From positions 372,001 to 436,000 of the forward strand of contig OZ218952.1 in NCBI GenBank assembly GCA_965112735.1: a DNA stretch of 64,000 nt, in the 5' to 3' direction. Source of the DNA: Phaeosaccion multiseriatum. Its lineage: Eukaryota > Protista > Ochrophyta, other classes. Below the pieces are notes generated by a model. The model searched no databases. It was not told the DNA's origin and was given only the letters and a program-made list of their open reading frames with translations. Both the position numbers and the translations under genes were made by a program. Shown piece after piece: positions 1 through 10,800 of the stretch (the first letter of the stretch is position 1; every line of letters starts with the position of its first letter).

Positions 1-3000
1 CACCTCGAGAGCATCAACCCAGAGCTGGACATGGACGGCTTCCCCGTGCAGCTCCCGTCGGTGATGGTGGAGTTGGAGGACGAGGGAGACATGTTGGTGG
101 GGGTGAGCTCATTCGGGGCGGGAGGAACGAATGCACACGTGCTGCTGAGGAGTTATGGGGAGAAGAGTGAGGGTGCGCCAGGCCCTAATCCGGTGCAAGC
201 AGAGACTCCAGTGGCGTTCTTGTTCACTGGGCAGGGTTCGCAGTACGTGGGCATGGGCAGGGAGCTGTACGAGAAGGAGGGCGTGTTCCGCGAGTGCATA
301 CAGCGGTGCAGCGGACTTCTCATGGAGCGGGCCTGGCTAACGGACAAGTCTGTGGTGGAGCTCATGTACCCTACCGCCGCTCAGGACGGGAAGGAGGAGC
401 AGGAGAAGACTGCACAAGCGCTGCTGAAGGAGACACGCTACTGCCAGCCGTGCCTGTTTGTGCTGGAGTATGCCCTCTGTGAGCTGTGGAAGTCGGAGGG
501 CGTGGAGCCTTCCATGGTGATGGGCCACAGCCTGGGCGAGGTAGTGGCGGCGTGCGTAGCCGGCGTCATGTCGCTGGAGGACGGGCTGATGCTGTCCGCC
601 AAGAGAGGAGCCGCCATGCAGGCCTGCCCCGAGGGCGAGGGAGTGATGTTCGCAGTGAGGGCAGGCAAGGAGGCGACTTTGGCAAGCATCGACGCTGCGG
701 GGGGGGCAGGGGAAGTGGTGCTGGCGTCGTCGAATGGACCGAGCGCGAGCGTGATCTCTGGAGCGCGCAGCGGTGTGGACAAGGTGGTGGAGAAGCTCAC
801 GACAGATGGGGTGGGCTGCAAGGCCCTGGAGGTGTCGCACGCCTTCCACTCTCCTCTGATGGAGCCCGCTGTACGTGCGCTGGAGGAGGCTCTGAGGCAG
901 GTGTCATTCAGCGCCCCACGCATTCCCCTGGTGTCCAACGTGACGGGCGAGGTGGTGAAGGCGGAAGAGGTTTCCCAGAAGACGTACTGGGAGCAGCACA
1001 TGCTCTCTCCCGTGCTGTTTGCAGAAGGTATCCACACGCTGGTGGAGCACTTGATGAGGGACAGGAGGGGCTTGAATGTTGTGGAGGTGGGGCCCAATGC
1101 CGTGTTGAGCAGCATGGGAGCCAAGTGCGAGCATCAGGAGGGGCTGGTGTGGGTCTCTACTCTAAATAGAAGACAAAACTCCAACGAGGGGTTTCGAGAG
1201 GCCCTGAGTAAAGTGATTGGCCCGGAGCACGTGGAGCTGTATCGGACGCGCAGACCGTTTCCTTGGTACGATGTCAGGGGTAGTGGCAAGAGGAAGAAGA
1301 GAGGAAAGGGCATTGTCAAAGCTCTTCCCCCAGCGACGGCTTGGGAGGAAAGAGGAGGAGTGAGGCTGTCGGTGGAGCAGCACCCGTACCTTGCAGATCA
1401 CGCAGTCAATGGTGGAGTGGTGTTGCCAGCGGCCGTCATGCTGGCAATTCTCTATGACACGCGCTGCTGCAGCACGTCAGGGGCCGGGGGTGAAGAGGGT
1501 GGTGGTGAGAGGACCATTTGCGACGCGGAGTTCGTTCGCTTCTTCCCAGTGAAGCAGTCCGAGGCTCAAGCTCTCGTAGTGTGCGACAATGGGTCTGGTA
1601 GTGGCAGGAGTGGCAGCGTCTCCCTGTGCAAGCCCGACAAGAAGGAGCTGCCCTACATGACAGCGAAGCTCGTGAGCGACAGCGAGAGCGAGAGCCCTGC
1701 GCAGGTACCTAACGGCGTAGACGTGCTATGGAAGGCTTGCCCAGACACGGTGGATGTCAGTCTGCTGTACGAGGAGCTGGAGCGGCACACGGGCAACCGC
1801 TTCGGCCCTGCCTTCCGGAACATTGTTGAGGCAAAGGTGGGCGACGGCGAGATGGTCGGGCGCGTACGGGTGCAAGGAGTGGCACCGTTTGCTCTCGACC
1901 CCATGGCGCTGGAGAGCTGCTTCCAAATGGCGGGTCTGCTCGACGGCGTCGCAGCGTTTGTGCCCACCAAGCTACGACGCCTTGTTGTGCTAACAGAGGC
2001 TGAGGGGCCGCAATTGCTGTGCCATACAAAGCTCATCGACAGGACTGCCACCAGCATCACCGCGGACGTGGTGACCATGTCCCCTCGAGGAGAGGTGTAT
2101 TGGAGAGTGGACGGACTGGTGCTCATGCAGCTGCCTCAGAGTCCGAATGCATGGCTGAAGCTGAGTGTGTACCACACTGTCTTCGCAGCCCCCGTAGAGT
2201 CTCCGGAGACGCCTCTGCCAGCATCAGCAGCAGCGGCAGCCGTGCCGTCGCGTCGCGTGTGCGTGCTAGGGATGGACAAGGAGACGGAGGAAACCATCGG
2301 CGTGCCGTGTGCTGACCTGGCTGAGGCTGATATCGTGGTTGACGCACGACAGTCCGTCGAGGAGGCTACCGAGCTGCTGCTCAAGTGCGTGGAGGCAAGC
2401 CGTGTTGGGCAAACTCTGAAAGCCCTCGTGTGGCTGGTCGTGCAGGCACCGCACACGCGGCAGGAGAAGGCACAGGAGGAGCAAAGAGCTTCCCCATCTC
2501 TCATGCTGGGATTGACTCGTGCTGCACGCTGCGAGAACCCCTTTCTACCAATCTACTGCTTTCTGCTTCCTCCCGGCATGCAGCTCTCGGTCGGGTGGCA
2601 ACACGTCCTTCCCTACATGCGGATGGAGAGGTTACCTGCAGACAAGGAGTGGCATCTCCTCCCAGGCACCGCTGCTCCCACTACTCACGCGTGGCGTGTG
2701 CCTCGACTGCAGCTGCTACCGAAGGAGCAGGCCGTCACACCGGAGGAACGTGCCGCGCCCGCCTTCCAGCTGCACGTTGACCGCCCCGGGCAGCTGTCCA
2801 GCCTACGCTGGCACGTGCTTCCTCGCTGGCCCTTGCAGGAGGGCGAGGTGCGTCTGGAGATCCACGCCGTTTCGCTGCACTTTAAGGACTTGCTGCTGGC
2901 CATGAGCATGTTGCCTGGGTTCCACCCTGTGCTGGGATTGGAGGCAGCGGGACGTGTCATCGAAGTGGGAGCAGGCGGAGAGGAGAGCATGCCACCGCAC

Positions 3001-4830
3001 TGCATGTACTCGATAGGCGACGAGGTGGTGAGCATGACCATGACCGCAGCCTCCAGTGACGCGCGCTACTCGCTGATGGGCACAGAGGCCATCGCCCCCG
3101 TGTGGAGTCTGCGGCCCAAGCCGGCCAAGCTTAGTATGGTGGATGCTTCTGGCTTCTACGGTGTGACGGTGACGGCCTACTATGCACTCATCGTGAAGGC
3201 CCAGCTGCAGCCCTCCGACACTGTGCTCGTGCACTCCGCAGCGGGCGGTGTAGGGCTGGCTGCGGTCCAGATTGCCAAGCACACCGGCGCCACCATCATC
3301 GCCTCGGCCGGATCCGTAGCAAGGCGCGAGCTGCTGCGAGAGCGCTATGGTGTACAGCACGTGATTGATTCCCGCGCACCCTCCAAGTTCGTCGATGAGA
3401 TTCGACGCGTGACGGGAGGTAGGGGGGTGGACGTGGTGCTGAACAGCATCGCCGGGGAGGGCATGGAGCAGAGCTTGAAGGCCATGGCTCCGCTCGGGCG
3501 CTTCGTGGAGATTGGCAAGCGCGATATTCTAAGCGACAACACGGTGCGCATGGGAGGCCTCAAGGAAAACGTGTCTCTCTTGAGTGTGCACATTGACCTG
3601 CTGACGGAGTCTCACCCGGATGTGGTGCAGCAGCTCGTGTCAGACTGTCAGCAGCTGCTGGAGGAGGGGAAGCTCTCTCCCGTGCCCACGACTGCCTTCG
3701 CCGCAGCCGATGCGACGGAGGCCTTCAAGCTGATGCGCATGGGGTCGCACACAGGCAAGCTCGCCATCGTCATGACGGCGCACGAGGGGGACGAGAAGAG
3801 CACTCCAACTCGCAATGTGCGTATACCTCCCTTTTTGTCCTCCTCTGTTGTGTTTGTCTGTATCCGGCGTTCCGGCGATTATGCTGAATGAGCTTTACTC
3901 ATGTCCCACCACGTCCCATCCTCCCCACCCATGACGCAGGCACGCTTCCTCCCGCAGCTCAGCGCCGACTGGACAGCCCGCTCGTCTCAAATCTTCCACA
4001 GTGCCGAAACGCTGGTAAGATCAGAGATGAGGACGTCAAGGGTAGCACTCACCACACCCTCCGCCAGAGTGGAGCAGTCGGTCATTTGCTCTCTCTCACC
4101 TTTTAACTGTGCGGTCATCTGACGGCCTGCCTTCGCTCCATCTCTCTCTCCCTCTTGTCTCGTATCTCTCCTACGGCTGTACAGGTGGTGGCGGGAGGAG
4201 CGAGTCGGATGGGAATCTCCCTCGTGGAGTGGATGGTGACCAACGGGGCACGACACATCGTCCTGCTGGTGTCAAGGCCAGTGGGCAGTCTCTCCCGCTC
4301 CATACAGCTTCGAGTGGAGAATCTCCGCAAGACCGGCGCTCATCTGCTCGTGCGAAAGTGTGATGTGGCAGACGCGGGGGCCCTTGCCGCGCTCTTCAAG
4401 GGGGCATGTTCGCACCCGCCGCTCACGGGCATTTTCCACTTGTCCTCAGGCCACGAGACCACCACACCTGCCCGTGGGGAAGAAGCGACGTTTCAAATGT
4501 CAGATGTGAAGGCGATAGAGGCCGAGAATCTTCACCGCCTCTCTGCTGCCCCTGAGCACCGAGACCGAGTGCGCTACTTTGTACTCTTCTCGTCTCTGGC
4601 AGCTGCTCACGGCAGCACCAAGCAGGCCGACGATGTGGGGGCACACGCCTCTCTTGGAGCGCTGGCGACGCACCGCCGGGCCATGGGACTCCCTGCCATG
4701 GCCGTCAACCTTCCGTTGGTACTCGGGGCTGGCCTCTACGACGTGAGGCAATTGCGGCAGCGGCGTTCGGACTCGTCGGGCACGGGGCTCAGCGGGGTTG
4801 AGGTTGAGCTCGTCTTTGCACACCTTCGGC
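1..4830 (+). other. PKS module A: KS C-terminus, malonyl-type AT, DH, ER, catalytically dead KR
   Basis: KS end GVSSFGAGGTNAH. AT FTGQGSQ, GHSLGE (523-540), HAFH (838-849). DH DHAVNGGVVLP (His 1399-1401). ER VHSAAGGVGLAA and GRFVEIGKRD. KR has GGASRMG instead of GGxGxxG, and QADDVGAH instead of QANYAAAN. Confidence 0.85.
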
Positions 4831-7800
4831 GTCTGCTCCTGTACAACCAACATCTACCTGCAGAGATGAGCATCGATCGGCCGCTCTTGGACGCATATCG
4901 CAAGGCCAGCTCCAATGAGAGCTTGTACGATCTCGTGGATGAGGAAGGGCGTTTGCAGACACACACACCTATCTCTGCGAGAGAGACGCCTCAAGCACGC
5001 CAGCAGCCCCAGCACACAGGAGCGCAGCAGTTGTTGGAAGCCAGATTGGATGAGGAGAAGGAGCAGCATCGGAAAGTTTTCTCGGAGGGACACGCAAGGC
5101 TTGCTTCTGTAGTCCAGCCCGCTGTGGTGGCCCAAGTTGCCGCCCTGTTGGGAGCGGAGTGGCATGAGGTGGACCCAACGGCCAGCCTGCCCGAGCTCGG
5201 GCTGGACTCCCTGGCGGCGCTGGAGCTGGTGAACTGGGTGGGGGAGGAGTATGGTTTGACACTGTCTCAGAGCGAGCTTCTGGACGGTGCATCAGCGAGC
5301 GATGTTGTCAACACGATCTGCTCAAGCGGAGGAGGGGGCATTGCTACTGTGTCTACACCTTCCAAGCTTTCGACTGTCGCAAAGTCGCCCCGGCAAGGCG
5401 TCAGCTCTCCCGCCAGCTTTGCAGCCAATGCACCCGCCTCGCGTTCTGCCGTGGAGTCCGCTGTGGTGGCCCAAGTTGCCGCCCTATTGGGAGCGGAGTG
5501 GCATGAGGTGGACCCAACGGCCAGCCTGCCCGAGCTTGGGCTGGACTCCCTAGCGGCGCTGGAGCTGGTGAACTGGGTGGGGGAGGAGTACGGTGTGACA
5601 CTGTCTCAGAGCGAGCTTCTGGACGGTGCATCAACGGGCGATGTTGTCAACACGATCTGCTCAGGCGGAGGAGAGGGCGTTGCTACTGTGTCTGCACCTT
5701 CCAAGCTTTCGACAGTCGCGAAGTCACCCCGGCAAGGCGTCAGCTCTCCCGCCAGCTTTGCAGCCAATGCACCCGCCTCGCGTTCTGCCGTGGAGTCCGC
5801 TGTGATGGCCCAAGTTGCCGCCCTATTGGGGGCAGAGGTGCATGAGGTGGACCCAATGGCCAAGCTGCCCGAGCTTGGGCTGGACTCCCTAGCGACGCTG
5901 GAGCTGGTGAACTGGGTGGGGGAGGAGTACGGTGTGACACTGTCTCAGAGCGAGCTTCTGGACGGTGCATCAGCGAGCGATGTTGTCAGCGTGATCACTG
6001 CGGACGGAAGTGCTCGAGAGAGCTACGCTGGAAACGGGTATCAGCGCTCACGACAGCTATCGCTGCGCGCAACTGCAGTGCCTGAGCGAGTGGAGAAGGC
6101 GGCCCCTCTGTCCACACCTCCACCCACTCTCGCTTATACGAGCATTGCTGTGCCGCCCAAGCTGACAGTGGAGAGTACCCAGCGACTTCTGGCCGAGATC
6201 AAGCGCGCAAAGGGCGTGATTGCCTTCAGCGGAGGAAGCGCCACCGAGCCGTTCTGCCTGGGAGCGGATCTCGAGGGTGCGGGGGGCTTTGGTACCGACG
6301 CTATGGCGGAAACGCTAGAGAGCTTCCGACGGCTCCAGGAGGTGCTCAACGCGTACCCTTCTCCGATCATCGTGGTGGTGAACGGCGCGTGCAGAGGAGG
6401 GGGCATGCTCTTCCCCTGCTGCTCGACCGTGTCCATTGCGGATAACGAGAACGCCTCCTTCGCCTTCCCAGAGATCCGCCGAGGGGGGCTGCCCGGCCTG
6501 GTGTCGGTGTCCGCTCAGCTGCGCATGACGAAAGCGCAAGTGACGAGGCTAATGTGCACTGCTGACGTCATCACTGCGGCAAGCGCACTCAACTTGGGGC
6601 TTGTTGATATCGTCACAGCCAATGAGGAGGAGGCGCATGTGGAGATGAAGCGCCTGGTGCAGCGCTTCCGTAGCATTCAACCCGACCTGCTCGAGCGCTG
6701 TGTGACGAAGTATCCATTGACGACCTCGGCGGAAGCAGCAGTGGAGATGGGCCGGTTCATGGCACCTCCTCCTCCCGCGCACGATCCGAAGCTGGTGGAG
6801 GTGTCGTACAGGGGTGAAGGAGGGGGCGTGGCGGTGGTGGAGCTCACCGATCTGCAGCACTTTAATGCTATTTCTCGCAGCCTGTCCTCGGCCCTGTCCT
6901 CGGCCCTGGAGGAGGTGACCAGCAGCAAAAGGGTTCGCGCCGTGGTGCTGCAGGGGCGAGGGCGGCACTTCTGTACCGGAGCCAACCCTGCGGAATTTGC
7001 GGAGTCTCTTAAAACGCTCCCCGTGATGGCAGCTGCCCAGCTCGTCTTCGAGGTGTACGAGCCCTTTGCGCGGCTGTGCGAGCTCAAACTCCCCGTCGTA
7101 TGTGTGAGCCACGGCAAGGTATGAAGATGTTGGGCATCAAGCGGTGTTGGTGGCTCTATTTTTCGCACGTTGTTGTGTTCCTACATCGATTCGCCGTCGC
7201 TGAAACGCCCTCCTCGTTCGCTCCTTACGGTCTCTCTTGTGCACCAGGTGCTTGGAGGAGGGCTCGCCGCAATGCTGAACTCGGACTTCCGTATCGCAGT
7301 GGCGGGGAGCGTCTACAACTACGGAAACCTCCCGCGGGGTGTGTGCCCAGGCCTACTCCTGTCCCGTAACCTCGAGCGCACTGTAGGAGCCCCTGCCGCC
7401 ATGGCGCTGTACCTCCGTGACGATGTGCTGAGCTCCAGCGACGCTCTCTCTGCCGGGCTCGTGCACGAGGTGTGCCCCACCCTACAGGAGGCGCAGGATC
7501 GAGCTCTGGAGCTTGCTGAGACCATTTCCTCCTCTGCAAAGGGCGGTGTGGATCAGACGCTGATGCTCATGAGGCCAGACTTTGATCGGGCTCGCCTGGC
7601 AACGGAATCCCTGGTAAGCGCAACATGATCGCACATCTAGAGCTTCAGTCATCACCTCAGTACATTGCTCTGAGCTCCACGTCCTCCATCTAATCCTCGA
7701 ATGTTTCTCTTGTCACGTGTAGGGCCTCGCCATGTGCGTGACTTCGGGAAATGCGTTTTCGGACTCTTCGCAGTGGAGCTCGACAGCTTTCCAAGAGGCT

Positions 7801-10800
7801 CTTCGTCGAAAGGGTAGGGAGGGGCTGGAGGCTCTGACCGCTCCTACTGCTTTGGTAGCGGAGAGAGGAGGGGCGGACACAGCACCCCCAACACAGCAAC
7901 TCCAGCCGCCAGGCCCCGGCCCACTCACCGCAGAGCCTGCTGTGACAAGCCCACCGCCAGAGCCTTCCACCGCCAGCAAGCCCACACAGCCCCCCTTGGC
8001 TTCAGGGCAGGGAGGGAACCAGAGCCGGAGTAGAAGAGGAGCAGGGGGCAATGTCGGTATCCATGCCATGGAACTGTACGTGCCCAACCTGTCCGTCAAG
8101 CAGACCGACATGGAGGCTTTGTACGAGTGCCCCGGCAAGTTCACCGTCGGCCTGGGGCAGGAGGCGCTGGGCTTCTGCCACCCCTGCGAGGATGCTGTCT
8201 CCATGGCCATGACGGCGCTACACGGACTTCTGACCAAACATGGCGTTCGCTGGCAAGACGTGGGCAGGCTGGAGGTAAGACGGGGCAATGTGTGCTCACA
8301 GTGAGAACAGCCATGCCAGCAGATGATACCGACGGTGTGAGTGAGAGGGTTGTGTAAGAGAATGAGCTTAGTCGATTTCCCCACGCGTGCTCCGCCTGCT
8401 CCTGCTGCTGCTAATCATCGCCCCGACCAGGTTGGCACGGAGTCCTCTGTGGACTACAGCAAGAGCATCAAGACATATTTGATGCAGCTCTTCAACAACG
8501 CCGGGTGCAACGACGTGGAGGGCGTGGACAGCATCAACGCGTGCTATGGCGGGACGGCGGCACTCCTCAACGCCGCGGCTTGGTGCGGCAGCGAAGCCTG
8601 GGACGGGCGCTGGGCGGTAGTACTTGCTTCGGACTGCGCCTTCCTCCGCCCACCGCAAGACTTTTTGAACGGCGCTGCTGCTATCGCCATTTTGGTGGGT
8701 CCAGAGGCGCCAGTGGTGCTGGAGCCCTGCCGAGCGACTCATATGACGCATAGTCACGACTTCTACAAGCCTGCTGGTAGGCCCGACCCCTACCCCTTTT
8801 TCCTTGCCAACGATGGAGGCGTCAGCGTGAAGCTGTACGAGGAGTCGCTCAGGCAGTGCCTCTGTCGCCTGCAGAGAGAGCTCCAGGCGCCGCTCGTTGG
8901 GGATGGCGGCGTGACAGACTACTTCGCCTTCCACTGCACCAGCACGTACCTGTGCAAGCGTGGCTTCAAGGTCCTAACCACGGGGGTGAAGGGACTGGGA
9001 TTCGGTACGTTTGCACGGAATCGTTGTCACAGACAGCACCCCCTTCTTGTCTGTGTGGCACATGCATGTTGTGCTCTACCACTCTCTTACTTGTCGCCCC
9101 ATGCCAATGGCCTGTCTGTTTGTCTGTCTACTTCCTTTCTCATGTGAAACAGAGGCCAAGAAGGCGCTGTACGACGAGCGCTGCGAGCCATCCACCAGAG
9201 TCACCAAGCAGCTGGGGTCCACCTTCGCCGCCTCGGCGTATGTGAGCCTCTACTCGCTGTTCGTTAACGCGGAAGTGGACGGGCTGGACTTGCGAGACAA
9301 GCGCGTGTTGGTGTACTCGTACGGCTCAGGATCGGCCGCTACTCTGTACTCGCTCAAGGTACGGACTCCGCCGGCGATTAAGGGCGGAAGAGGCATGGGC
9401 ATGATGGAGCGGCTGCGCCAGCGAGAGGTGGTGCATCCCGAGGTGATGCAGGCGAGCATGAGGAGGCGCGTGGAGTTGCTGCACAGCGCAGACTACACGC
9501 TCGAGCCGGAGGGACTGCTGCCGGGCACTTTCTTCCTGCAGTCGGTGGATGCTGCGGGAGTGCGGTGCTACGCCCAGTATAGTACACTGGGCGCCGACAG
9601 CCCCATCGTCCCCCTTGAGCAAGTCTCCGTGGCATTAGATGGTGAAGCTGTCATGCCACTTCCTCTGCGGCTGGCACCAGCTGCAGCGCCACCACGTCCC
9701 TCTGCATCGAAGCACATCGCCATTGTGGGCATGGCGTGCCGCTTCCCCGGGGGCGCTGACAGCCCTGAGCGTCTGTGGCAGCTCCTCTGCGAGGGCATCG
9801 ATGCTGTCGGGCCCTTTCCCACAGACCGGTGGGGAGAGGTGGGCAGCGAACAGCACACGTATGCCAGAATGGGAGCGTTCTTAGACGACGCACATCTCTT
9901 CGACTACAGAAAGTACGGGCTCACGCATAGGGAGGCTGAGCACATGGATGTGAACCACCGCATAATGTTGGAGGTTGCGGACGCGGCCATGATCAATGCG
10001 GGTATGGGAGGCGGAGAGTTCTCAGGCACCAGCTCAGAGTCCAAGCACAGTCGCAGCTCCACGGGTGTGTTCGTGGGGTGCAACAACGTCGAGTGGCTTC
10101 TATCCCAATGTATCGAGGGCCAGGGTGAGGGTGCGAAGCTGGGCGTTGCGAGGGTGCCAAAGACAGGGGCCTACACCCTGGTGGGCGGTGCTCCAAGCTT
10201 CGTGGCAAGCCGGCTCAGTTATCACCTCGGTCTCGGAGGGCCCTCTATGGGATTCGACATGGCCTGCTCGTCCTCCTTTGGTGCCATCCACGCGGCCGTA
10301 TCGAGCTTGCGCAGCGGCGAGGTGACTGCTGCAGTGGTGGGCGGTGTCAACATCATGTCCTTGCCTTTCGCATTCGACTGGATGGCCAAGCTGCAGCTAC
10401 TGTCCAAGGTTGGTCGGTGCGCTGCTTACGATATTGCCGGTGATGGCTACGCGAGGGGTGAGGGGTGCGGGGCGGTCGTGCTGAAGCGCTTGGAGGACGC
10501 CGAGGCGAGCGGCGACAACGTGCTCGGGGTCATTCTTGCGTCCGCTCTCACGAACAACGGGTGTCAGGACGAGGAGCAAAGCAGCGGCAGCAGCAGCAAA
10601 AAGGCCAGCATCGCTGCCCCGAATGAAAACGCCCAACGGAAGGCCGTGAAGCAGGCGCTCGCGCAGGCGGGTGTGGCGCCTTCGGAGGTGGGCTTTGTCG
10701 AGGCACATGGTCTGGGCTCACCGATGGGAGACGCCATGGAGCTCCGTGTGTTGCAGAGCGAGCTGCGCAGTAGCGGCACCAGCACTTCATCCACATCATC

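Noticed and set aside
8050-9575. Stand-alone mevalonate-pathway HMGS gene
   Set aside because: It is in frame with the ECH2 linker upstream and the KS downstream, with no stop, and substrate-pocket motifs have diverged.
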